Shown here: positions 9,458-17,778 of the stretch, piece by piece | How positions within the stretch are numbered: position 1 is the first letter of the stretch | How the letters are laid out: each line of letters begins with the position of its first letter | From: a virus | Length of the DNA stretch: 64,000 bases | Reading direction: 5' to 3' (one strand) | IMG/VR virus record: IMGVR_UViG_3300048548_000653 | Span: 12,978-76,977 of that record | Position numbers and translations under genes: made by a program | Notes under the pieces: generated by a model | Seen by the model: the letters and a program-made list of their open reading frames with translations, nothing else | Told to the model about the DNA's origin: nothing | The model's database searches: none

Positions 9458-10508
9458 AGAAGCCCTCCTGTTCCATATCTATATTATATCCATAACCTTG
9501 ATCCAATGTAAGTTGGAATATGTGTTGATCGCCTTCTTGCCTACGCACTATAAAATTAGGATAATTTTCATCGTAAAAAATATTAGTTTCAGGGTCTAGT
9601 CCTAAAAGCTTTACATCTAATAATTCTTGGTTTTGTACAGAAAGTTCGTCAATCCACTGTGCTAGTATTTCTGCCAACTGTCTCTCCATTTCGTCAATCC
9701 ACACAGGATTCAAGTAAGTCATATTATCCAAATCTGTAACCCAAATACTTTTTATATTTTCAACTAAAGGATCTCTATCTAACTCGTCAAAATTTAAAAA
9801 GTCAATGTCTAATAAATTTGTATTTGGATAGGTTTTGGTTATTTCTTCTGTGTAAGGTGAAACTTTACGTACAAGCAACATTGCTGTAAGCATATTCTCA
9901 GGTAAATCTAATATTACACTTGGGCCTGGAGTTGCACCTCTATGTGGCACCACAGTGGTTTGATAAGCTTGATTCATTATAATTTGACCAACATCTGATT
10001 CTACTGATATTTCTCCTATAACACAAGAACCACTAGCGTCACAACTTGGTAACAGTGTTATCATTGATCCACCTACTTCGTCAATAATCATCATAAAGTC
10101 TGTGCCTCGCACGTTTATTGTAGCACTTGGTGTTCTTATATTCACTCTTTGTCTGCTATTCTTTGCTATTTGTCCTGATGCATATCTAACTGCTCCTAGT
10201 GTGGCTTTCATACTCAGCGCACCAGTTTTTGTGTTGGGATCATATATAAATTCGTCTATGGTCATACGTGAATGTTCTGTTACATCAACACGAGTGTCAT
10301 CTATAAAGTCCATACGCATTGAACCTTTGCCTGTAACGATCCTATCGTTCATTTCAAGACCAAGTCCTACTTCGCCAGTGTATTTTTCTGCTTCACGCTG
10401 AATTGTGCTAGAACCTTTATGTTCTGCTATTTTGCCAATATTTGCATACACTGGGGTTGTTAGTAATAATGCACTAATCAGACTGCGTAATATCAACGTC
10501 TTGTCCAT
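9390..10508 (-). CDS. exported FecR-domain protein
   Basis: signal peptide; NDRIVTG...FIDDTRV..EHS...IRTPSATINVRGTDF FecR signature. Confidence 0.85.
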   Translation of the reverse strand: MDKTLILRSLISALLLTTPVYANIGKIAEHKGSSTIQREAEKYTGEVGLGLEMNDRIVTGKGSMRMDFIDDTRVDVTEHSRMTIDEFIYDPNTKTGALSMKATLGAVRYASGQIAKNSRQRVNIRTPSATINVRGTDFMMIIDEVGGSMITLLPSCDASGSCVIGEISVESDVGQIIMNQAYQTTVVPHRGATPGPSVILDLPENMLTAMLLVRKVSPYTEEITKTYPNTNLLDIDFLNFDELDRDPLVENIKSIWVTDLDNMTYLNPVWIDEMERQLAEILAQWIDELSVQNQELLDVKLLGLDPETNIFYDENYPNFIVRRQEGDQHIFQLTLDQGYGYNIDMEQEGFYAYGYRVGVGGGNSINISQRGF

Positions 10509-11211
10509 CGCCTGAGAATGTAGCATCTACTGTGTTATCTTTTACACCACTTTGTTTAATTTTGTAGTTGCTGCCGCCGCCGGTGATATCTAGTGTTACA
10601 CTGTGTCCTGCGCTGTCTCCATCGCCGTCTTGATCTATTTCGACTAACACACCGCCTTGTTCTGTTGTGTAAGTTGATGATGAGTCTGAGGTTGTAGCTG
10701 ACGAAAGTGTAGAATTATTGTCTATTGTAACATTGACTACCGCACTTGTGCCGTCAACTTCTGTGATCAATATGCTTCCGTCGCCCTCTACTGTAAAATC
10801 AATTTGCGCTCCGTCTGCATCTGCTGTTTCACCAATTTCTAAATAATACTTGTTGGTATCTCCTGTAGTTGCAATATTCAGTGTGACGTTTTCACAGTTT
10901 ACACCTGAGGTATTATCGCAGACTAAATCAACAAAATTGTTGTTGCCTGTAAAAGTCCAAGTACCAGTATATGTATTACCTTTTATTTTTGCATCAATTA
11001 TGTTTGCATTACCTGTTTGAGTAATACTAAAAGTCATATCATCGCCATCAAGCATTGCGTCGGTGGTTGAATCACCAAATTCGTTGTCAGTCCCATCTTG
11101 TGTAATATCTAAATCAAGGGTGTCACCTATTTGTGTAATGTAAATCTCGTTTGCATTTGCTGCACTTACGAGAACCAATGATAGGATGAACCCATATAAT
11201 ATTGCCCTCAT
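10474..11211 (-). CDS. curlin-repeat protein (CsgA/CsgB-like)
   Basis: signal peptide ending ANA; repeats ITQIGD, ITQDGTDN, ITQTGNAN, KQSGVKDN, ITQSD. Confidence 0.7.
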   Translation of the reverse strand: MRAILYGFILSLVLVSAANANEIYITQIGDTLDLDITQDGTDNEFGDSTTDAMLDGDDMTFSITQTGNANIIDAKIKGNTYTGTWTFTGNNNFVDLVCDNTSGVNCENVTLNIATTGDTNKYYLEIGETADADGAQIDFTVEGDGSILITEVDGTSAVVNVTIDNNSTLSSATTSDSSSTYTTEQGGVLVEIDQDGDGDSAGHSVTLDITGGGSNYKIKQSGVKDNTVDATFSGDGQDVDITQSD

Positions 11212-11241
11212 ATTTTTCCACCTCCGGCTTTTAGCCAAATA

Positions 11242-11272
11242 TATTTATAATATGTTGATATTATTATAAATA
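11242..11272. promoter_or_regulatory. back-to-back T4-type late promoters (TATAAATA on both strands)
   Basis: TATTTATA at 11242-11249 and TATAAATA at 11265-11272, between divergent genes. Confidence 0.7.
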
Positions 11273-11285
11273 CAATGTTATTTAG

Positions 11286-11301
11286 TGTAAATATTTTTAC
11301 A
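11286..11301. promoter_or_regulatory. palindromic operator TGTAA-N6-TTACA
   Basis: tgtaaatatttttaca just upstream of the Fis-type HTH gene. Confidence 0.4.
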
Positions 11302-11317
11302 GTAAAGCGGGTATATA

Positions 11318-11587
11318 ATGAAACTAAATACAGTTATGATGGCATTAAAACAAGCAGAAAAAAATCATAAAGAACAGCAGGCCTTTTGGGATGTATTTGA
11401 CGAGATATGGCCGCCCGAAGAAAGACAAGATGATAAATGTTTGCACCAAGAAGTAGACGATTTTATAATAGATAGGATTGCAGCGGCTCTAAAAGAGTGC
11501 AATCACAATCGCACACACACTGCTGATAAGTTAGGAATAAAAAGAGAAACCTTATTGGCTAAGATGAAGAAGTACTGTCTTGTTTAA
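11318..11587 (+). CDS. Fis-family (HTH_8) DNA-binding protein
   Basis: IAAALKECNHNRTHTADKLGIKRETLLAKMKKY matches the Fis/NtrC C-terminal HTH. Confidence 0.85.
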   Translation: MKLNTVMMALKQAEKNHKEQQAFWDVFDEIWPPEERQDDKCLHQEVDDFIIDRIAAALKECNHNRTHTADKLGIKRETLLAKMKKYCLV

Positions 11588-12359
11588 ATTTCCATAGATT
11601 TTGTGCAGCACCTTGATAAATCATTTCAATTACTGCGGCCTCGATGGCTTGACGCACGGCATAATTTGATGCTTCATTTACACTATATCCAGTTTCGATT
11701 TCTAATGCTTGTGTACCTAAATCAAAAAACTTGAATGCGTTTGCACCTTGTCTGTAACTAGCAATTGATTTTTCTGCTGCTACGCTTACCAATACACGAC
11801 CTGTGCTTACGCTTACAAGACGCATTGCAACTGTCACAGTATCAACTCTATATTCTACCGCAGTACCGATTCCCATATACATAGCACCATTGCCGCCTGT
11901 AGAAATATTACTGTCATATCCTATAATACCGCCTTCTAGTAATATACCTGCAAATTTCATAGGTGATAGAGAAACTTCTTTTTCACCATAGTTTTCCCTT
12001 GTATTGCGTATAACCTGACGTTCTTTGATCACGTGATCCATTCCACCTCGTTCTACAACTTCAAACCAAGTACCGTTGCCTGCTTGCAATAGTGCATCTA
12101 TTACCCAAACTTCTGCACCTTGTGTAACTGCACTACTCAAGTTTGAAATACTTTCAGAGGGTTTACGTTGCCCTGTTTTATCTGCAAACTCATAAACACC
12201 TACTGTCATTACAGGACCATCCAATGGCTGAAGTTTATTTAATTCTTCTACCATTGGATTATCCTGCACTTTTGCAGCATTTTGCAGCATAGTTGGAACT
12301 TCTCCTTGTGTTGCACAACCTGCAACAAATAACATTGCTAATATTGCTATAAATTTCAA
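11559..12359 (-). CDS. csgG: curli secretion channel lipoprotein CsgG
   Basis: lipobox VAGC; VYEFADKTGQRKP, AVTQGA, WFEVVER, EGGIIGYD, DTVTVAMR motifs. Confidence 0.92.
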   Translation of the reverse strand: MKFIAILAMLFVAGCATQGEVPTMLQNAAKVQDNPMVEELNKLQPLDGPVMTVGVYEFADKTGQRKPSESISNLSSAVTQGAEVWVIDALLQAGNGTWFEVVERGGMDHVIKERQVIRNTRENYGEKEVSLSPMKFAGILLEGGIIGYDSNISTGGNGAMYMGIGTAVEYRVDTVTVAMRLVSVSTGRVLVSVAAEKSIASYRQGANAFKFFDLGTQALEIETGYSVNEASNYAVRQAIEAAVIEMIYQGAAQNLWKFKQDSTSSS

Positions 12360-12829
12360 AAGTTAAATTCCCCCATTCCTGGTATCACTATTTCCGTGTA
12401 GCCATCTGGACCATCGATAATAAGTGTTATACTTCCTGTGACTTCATCTTTGCTCCAAGCAATTTCTGCTCCTTCAACTTCTGTGGTTCCTGAATTAGAA
12501 CACGCAGGCTGATCATCTGCTCCGCAGGCTGCAAACATATTGTCAACTAACTGTTTACTAAGTGTAGCATATATACGTGATTCTAAGTTACGGATAAACT
12601 TATTAAGCACCGTGTTTTCAAGTTCACGCTCAATGCGTTCTGCTTCACGTTCCGCATCTTTTCTGATATCTTCTTTACGATTAAAAGTAAGTTGTTCAAG
12701 GCTCAACATATGAGCACTGTAGCCTTGTCCTGTAAATGTAGGAGATTTAAAATTGTGTACTAAATCGCCGCTGGCTACTCCGGGGGTAACCATTAATATG
12801 AAAAAAATAATTTTAAAATAATATTGCAT
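12356..12829 (-). CDS. csgF: curli assembly protein CsgF
   Basis: signal peptide then LVHNFKSPTFTG (CsgF F-x-P-x-F-G); FIRNLESRIYATLSKQL; directly upstream of csgG. Confidence 0.8.
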   Translation of the reverse strand: MQYYFKIIFFILMVTPGVASGDLVHNFKSPTFTGQGYSAHMLSLEQLTFNRKEDIRKDAEREAERIERELENTVLNKFIRNLESRIYATLSKQLVDNMFAACGADDQPACSNSGTTEVEGAEIAWSKDEVTGSITLIIDGPDGYTEIVIPGMGEFNF

Positions 12830-12861
12830 AAAGCTATTTATTAACAAAAAAGTTGAGAATA

Positions 12862-13932
12862 TTAAATCATTGCTTTGTTTAAAGTAAGTTGAGCCCATTG
12901 TTCTCGGCCAGCACCTGCTTGTGTTGGTATAACACTGATTGATAAGCCGCCTGCGTGTCCGCCTGTTCTGAATGCTTGTAAATCTGCTGCATTTTTTAGC
13001 ATTGCAGTTTTTTGATTAGGAATACTCATTAGCAATAGTGCATCAAAGTCGTCTCTATTTTTATACCATTCAAAGTTTGCAGCCAAATAAGCTAGTTCAA
13101 CTTGTGCTGTGTCTTCAGTTGTTGCAATTTTATCTGCAACTGATGCAGCATAATTCTCCATATCCATTTGCAGTAAATCAAGCATTAATGCTTTTCTTAC
13201 CTTTTGGTTTTCTGGAACATTTGTAGGAAGGTCTTGATTTAAAGCAGCCATAAAAGGTCCTAGTCCGAGACTTCCGCCTTTTTGTCCAATGGCTCCAATT
13301 ACTGACGGTATTTTTTCTTCATACTTTTGTAGGACTGCACGTTTTGCTTTTTGACTTCCGCCACCGTAACCGATACGTCCACCACTAGAACTCATAGCTG
13401 CTTTAAGTTCTACTTTCCCAATTCCATCTATTTCTAAATCGCCTTCGCCTTGTGCAAGTCTAATTTTGTTTGATAAACAGGCTAGTCCATATTCGCCTGG
13501 ACCTTTTTGTTTTTTACCTACACCATATGCTGCTAATTTTCTAAAAGCTGCACCTCCGGCTTCGTCTCCAAACACTGCGCTAAAGGTATTGAGTGGCTTT
13601 GACAGAGATGTAATATCTACTACGCCGCCGCCTTCTAATCTTTTAAGAAGAGCGCTCATTGTTTTATAATCGCTTTCGATTGTACTAAAAATTTTAGTCA
13701 TATCTTGGCGCACTAGTAACTTTTCTTTTTGACCCATATTTTCATCTTGAAGAGGAATATCAAAAGCATTGTCAATGTTACTACTAATAGTACCACTGTT
13801 AAGTATTTTCCATATTCTATCTAATAAATTAGCTTCATCTTGATTATCTGCCGACAATCCGGATATAGTTGATATAATTTGATCTTTTTCTTGACTTAAG
13901 TCTGTGTATTCAACAAGGTCTTTATAACGCAT
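12862..13932 (-). CDS. phage protein with putative PD-(D/E)XK nuclease motif
   Basis: GPGE...GDLEIDGIGKVELKA; late promoter upstream. Confidence 0.45.
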   Translation of the reverse strand: MRYKDLVEYTDLSQEKDQIISTISGLSADNQDEANLLDRIWKILNSGTISSNIDNAFDIPLQDENMGQKEKLLVRQDMTKIFSTIESDYKTMSALLKRLEGGGVVDITSLSKPLNTFSAVFGDEAGGAAFRKLAAYGVGKKQKGPGEYGLACLSNKIRLAQGEGDLEIDGIGKVELKAAMSSSGGRIGYGGGSQKAKRAVLQKYEEKIPSVIGAIGQKGGSLGLGPFMAALNQDLPTNVPENQKVRKALMLDLLQMDMENYAASVADKIATTEDTAQVELAYLAANFEWYKNRDDFDALLLMSIPNQKTAMLKNAADLQAFRTGGHAGGLSISVIPTQAGAGREQWAQLTLNKAMI

Positions 13933-13953
13933 TTTTCACTCCTGATATTGTAT

Positions 13954-14640
13954 TTAGTCAATGTCAGGGAATAAACATTCCTGTACGAATACTCGTACAT
14001 CCTCTTCGTCGAGTCCTAAACTGGTCATTGTTTTAGGAGTGTGCGGATTTTGTTTTTGATAATGTGCATAACGATTCTGTGCTGTTTTTACTTCGTCTGT
14101 ATCTGCTGTATGATTATGATTACCAATGTCTGTAAGATAAGCATCTACACTGTCTAAACTCAACTCTAACAGTTGATCAAGTTCTTCACGTTTGTTCACA
14201 TTGCCTGCTGCTACCATATGCGGTGAGAAGATTGCTTGAGCCCATTCAGGTAGTTCACGTTCTTTGCGCCATTCAAGTTTGCTTACTTCGTCACCAAATG
14301 CTTCAATCATTGGATGATCGGCATCTATAGTTCTACTGTAGTCGTGGAAGAACCCTGTAATTTTATTTTTACCAGCAATAACATCTAGTCCAAAAACAGG
14401 ACCGTTATTGTCTAGTCTTGGAAAAACACAACAATGCATCATCCACAAACCTTTGGTTTCACGCACATCCACAACATCAATGTGTGCTCTACGATAGCTG
14501 TCACTTTGCCATACTCTGTTTAACCAACCAGGCTGATTGAATCTATCCATTCCTGGCTCTTGTATTTCTGTACCCGTAGCGTCAAATGCATCAATTAACC
14601 TGTCTTGTATTTCTATTAAGGTTTCCCAAACTTCACTCAT
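13954..14640 (-). CDS. pcyX: ferredoxin-dependent bilin reductase PcyX
   Basis: RRAHIDVVD, WMMHCCVFP, PVFGLD, ELPEWAQAIFS, QKQNPHT; His69/Asp86 pair; adjacent to heme oxygenase. Confidence 0.88.
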   Translation of the reverse strand: MSEVWETLIEIQDRLIDAFDATGTEIQEPGMDRFNQPGWLNRVWQSDSYRRAHIDVVDVRETKGLWMMHCCVFPRLDNNGPVFGLDVIAGKNKITGFFHDYSRTIDADHPMIEAFGDEVSKLEWRKERELPEWAQAIFSPHMVAAGNVNKREELDQLLELSLDSVDAYLTDIGNHNHTADTDEVKTAQNRYAHYQKQNPHTPKTMTSLGLDEEDVRVFVQECLFPDID

Positions 14641-15160
14641 TATTTAATTCCTCAAACAATTTGGTTGCATATTTAAAACAAATATTTGCTTCCTCTGCCA
14701 TTTCGTCATCCAACACAGTACGAACTTTTATTTTAAGGTCTTCGACATTATCAAAATCATACATAACACCTTTTGTAAATGGAATACGTTTTTTAATCAT
14801 TTGACCTCCATACATATCTCCAAAGTGTCTAACATAAACGTGGGCCATTAGTTCATCACTATCAAGTGTAGGAAGGTAATTAATATAATCTACAGCACTA
14901 GGTTTTAGTTTATCTTTTGTTCTTTTAAAACCATATTCGTGTTCTAATTCTTTTAAATCAATACTAATGCGTTTGGCTCTGCGTATGTCTTCAATGCCGT
15001 CTAAGTCAGCTAATGATTCAAGAGAACCGTAGATAATAAATTGATTGTACAAGTAGGTGTGATATTGTTCAGGAGTAATACCATTCATAAGTTTCCTGGC
15101 AAATGCTGTTCTTTCAGCATTTTGATGATTCTCCCAAGTAAGTTCTTTAAGTTTGCTCAT
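14633..15160 (-). CDS. hemO: heme oxygenase
   Basis: LKELTWENHQNAE proximal His; HVYVRHFGDMYGGQ distal helix. Confidence 0.92.
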   Translation of the reverse strand: MSKLKELTWENHQNAERTAFARKLMNGITPEQYHTYLYNQFIIYGSLESLADLDGIEDIRRAKRISIDLKELEHEYGFKRTKDKLKPSAVDYINYLPTLDSDELMAHVYVRHFGDMYGGQMIKKRIPFTKGVMYDFDNVEDLKIKVRTVLDDEMAEEANICFKYATKLFEELNNE

Positions 15161-15459
15161 TCTTCCTCAATTTTTACATTTAGCTGAAACCCATTTTGCC
15201 TTGCTAAATTTACAGTTTCCGTAGCTTTTTGTTCTGCTATTTCGTAACTATATATACCTGCAACTCCGCTTCCTTCTTCGTGAATTTGAATGGTTAAAGC
15301 AGAAGCAGTTTCAAAAGAGTGTTTGAATATTTCTTGTAAAATACTTACAACAAAATCCATTGGTGTTTTATCATCATTAAGGAAAATGACTTTGCAATCC
15401 TTAGGTTCTGAAATATCAATTTCAATTTTTTCGTCAATTACTACATCAGTTTTATTCAT
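15157..15459 (-). CDS. clpS: Clp protease adaptor ClpS
   Basis: VIFLNDDKTPMDFVV, IHEEGSGVAG, EIAEQK. Confidence 0.93.
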   Translation of the reverse strand: MNKTDVVIDEKIEIDISEPKDCKVIFLNDDKTPMDFVVSILQEIFKHSFETASALTIQIHEEGSGVAGIYSYEIAEQKATETVNLARQNGFQLNVKIEEE

Positions 15460-15470
15460 ATTTTTCTCCT

Positions 15471-15497
15471 AAAAATGGGGGGCTGTTACTCCCCCAT
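15471..15497 (-). terminator. Rho-independent terminator/hairpin after hsp20
   Basis: G/C stem followed by T run on minus strand. Confidence 0.55.
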
Positions 15498-15502
15498 AAC
15501 TA

Positions 15503-15949
15503 TTAGCCTTCAATTGCATCAAAGTTTTTGATAGAAATTTTCTTTGGTTTCTGTGCTTCTGGTACATTGCGCACCAAATGAATGTTAAGCATACCTAGTT
15601 CAAGCCCGGCTTGTTCTACTTCAATATGCTCTGCTAGAGTAAACTCTCTACGGAAGTTGCGTCCGCCAATACCTTTGTGTAGGTAGTTAACTTCTTCATC
15701 TCCTTTAGGAGTAGTACCTTCAACAGTCAATACATTTTTCTCCAATGTAATGTCTAAATTGTCCATACCAAATCCAGCAACCGCCAACGAGATCATATAT
15801 TCGTCTTCGTTGATTTCTACTACATTGTATGGTGGGTAACCTTGTGATTTACTGTTTGCAAACTCTTTGTTGAGTTGGTTAAACATTCTATCAAAGCCAA
15901 TAGTTGCTCTGTGAAATTCAGGTAGGTTTAGTGTTTGTAATCTTGTCAT
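15503..15949 (-). CDS. ibpA: small heat-shock protein Hsp20 (IbpA-like)
   Basis: IGFDRM, YPPYNV, LAVAGF, YLHKGI, GMLNIHL, KKISI; AGGAG RBS before ATG 15949. Confidence 0.93.
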   Translation of the reverse strand: MTRLQTLNLPEFHRATIGFDRMFNQLNKEFANSKSQGYPPYNVVEINEDEYMISLAVAGFGMDNLDITLEKNVLTVEGTTPKGDEEVNYLHKGIGGRNFRREFTLAEHIEVEQAGLELGMLNIHLVRNVPEAQKPKKISIKNFDAIEG

Positions 15950-16000
15950 TTGTTTCTCCTTATAAAGCAAGAATTATATTGAGCCCTTTCGGCGCTCACA
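15947..16000 (-). promoter_or_regulatory. ROSE-like RNA thermometer in hsp20 leader
   Basis: UUCUUGCUUUAUAAGGAGAA hairpin with UUGCU opposite the SD; upstream GAAA-loop hairpin; TAAATA at 16003-16008. Confidence 0.7.
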
Positions 16001-16001
16001 G

Positions 16002-17141
16002 TTATTTACCAATTGTCGATGATTCATACACCGAATTGTGTGTTTGTGAGCAACGAATAAAAGTTGCACACTTACTAAGTTGCTTGAGTTTTAATGCACC
16101 TGTATAGGTACACGCACTACGCACTCCTCCAAGGATCTCTTGTACTGTTCTAGCTACAGGTCCTCTATAAGGCACAAGCACTGTGCGTCCTTCTGATGAA
16201 CGATAATTTTTTAGTCCACCAAAATGCTTGTCATTTGCACTTTCACTACTCATACCGTAGAATTGCACAAAATGTTTTTCTTTAAACTTTCGAGTCCTTC
16301 CATCATCCTGGAATTCATCTGTAATATACTTTCTAGTAATTACTTCGCCGCCGCCTTCATCGTGCCCAGCAAGCATACCACCAAGCATAACAAAATCTGC
16401 ACCGGCTGCAAAGGCTTTAGCGACATCTCCAGAGCTATTACACCCACCGTCAGCAATAATGTGACCACCAAGTCCGTGTGCTGCATCAGCGCATTCGATG
16501 ACTGCAGATAGTTGCGGATATCCCACACCAGTTTGTATCCTAGTAGTGCAAACAGACCCGGGACCAATGCCCACTTTAACAATATCAGCTCCTGCAAGAA
16601 TAAGTTCCTCCGTCATTTCTCGTGTAACAACATTACCTGCAATGATTACCAAGTCTGGAAAATCGTCTCTTACTTTACGAACGTGTTGTGCAAAGTGATC
16701 GCTGTAACCATTGGCAATGTCCATACATACATATTTAAGCCTGTAGTCACATTCTTTTTTCACTTTCAATAATTTGTTATAATCACTTTCGCCTGTGCCA
16801 ATACTCATTGCAACATTTTCAGTACGTTCAAGCCCAATATCAGAATTAAAATATTCTATCAACTCTTCAGCACTGAAAGTTTTTACAAGACAAGTAAACA
16901 TTTCGCCTTCTGCTAATTTATCAGCCATACGAAACGTTCCGACACCATCCATATTGCTTGCCATAATAGGAATACCCATATAATGATATTCATCAGGCAA
17001 TGGTTCTGCAATGTCGTGATCATAATGCCGAAATTGAAACTTACGATTTAATTTCACTTGTTTCCGGCTATGCAATGTACTGCGTTTTGGACGTATAAGA
17101 ACGTCTTTGTAATCTAATTTAATGTCTTCTTCGAGACGCAT
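16002..17141 (-). CDS. guaC: GMP reductase
   Basis: [41 protein letters not shown]. Confidence 0.93.
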   Translation of the reverse strand: MRLEEDIKLDYKDVLIRPKRSTLHSRKQVKLNRKFQFRHYDHDIAEPLPDEYHYMGIPIMASNMDGVGTFRMADKLAEGEMFTCLVKTFSAEELIEYFNSDIGLERTENVAMSIGTGESDYNKLLKVKKECDYRLKYVCMDIANGYSDHFAQHVRKVRDDFPDLVIIAGNVVTREMTEELILAGADIVKVGIGPGSVCTTRIQTGVGYPQLSAVIECADAAHGLGGHIIADGGCNSSGDVAKAFAAGADFVMLGGMLAGHDEGGGEVITRKYITDEFQDDGRTRKFKEKHFVQFYGMSSESANDKHFGGLKNYRSSEGRTVLVPYRGPVARTVQEILGGVRSACTYTGALKLKQLSKCATFIRCSQTHNSVYESSTIGK

Positions 17142-17405
17142 TTAATAACCTAACTGATCTTTTAATTTTATTTGATTTCTTTTGAATCGTCTAATGGCAG
17201 CTTTTTTTGCAAGTCTTTTTTTAGTGCCTTTACTTTCAAAATATTCACGCTTTCTTAGCTCTTGCATTAATCCATCTTCTGAGATCTTTTTCTTGAGCTT
17301 TCGCATTGCTTTGGTTACATCGTTGTTTATTACATTAACTTGTAAACCTTGTTTGTTCCAGTCGTCGTTATGTTTTTTTCGATTGTTTTTCATTTTGTCC
17401 TTCAT
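17142..17405 (-). CDS. rpsU: ribosomal protein bS21
   Basis: VINNDVTKAMRKLKKK...GLMQELRKREYFESKGTKKR. Confidence 0.85.
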   Translation of the reverse strand: MKDKMKNNRKKHNDDWNKQGLQVNVINNDVTKAMRKLKKKISEDGLMQELRKREYFESKGTKKRLAKKAAIRRFKRNQIKLKDQLGY

Positions 17406-17778
17406 TGGGTTCAGCTAGCCAAGTTAGATCATATATTCTATTAAGGCTAAGTTTAGTATAAGGTGTAACATCGTCTTTTGTCAAGTAAAAAACGTTGGGT
17501 AAACTAATTAAGTAACTAGAAAATTTCTTTTCTAAAATTGGCATTTGATCTAAATCCAAAATAACAGTTTCGCATATTTTTGCTATTGCAAGTAACCACG
17601 CAATATCTGTTTCTTCTTCTGTTTGTGGATCATACAAATAAACATTAATTGATGTGCTTACAGTTTCAAGATATTTTTGAAAATCATTACGCACATCTGT
17701 ACTGGGATTTACTAGTAATATATTTTTGTTTTGATTGTGTAAAATATCCGGTGCTGTAATTACATTAATCTTTGTCAT
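17368..17778 (-). CDS. hypothetical phage protein
   Basis: 136-aa ORF within operon. Confidence 0.6.
   Translation of the reverse strand: MTKINVITAPDILHNQNKNILLVNPSTDVRNDFQKYLETVSTSINVYLYDPQTEEETDIAWLLAIAKICETVILDLDQMPILEKKFSSYLISLPNVFYLTKDDVTPYTKLSLNRIYDLTWLAEPNEGQNEKQSKKT

Noticed and set aside
13954-15160. Cyanophage pcyA/pebS photosynthesis cassette
   Set aside because: Motifs fit PcyX, other markers are alphaproteobacterial, and no psb/hli/cpe genes are present.
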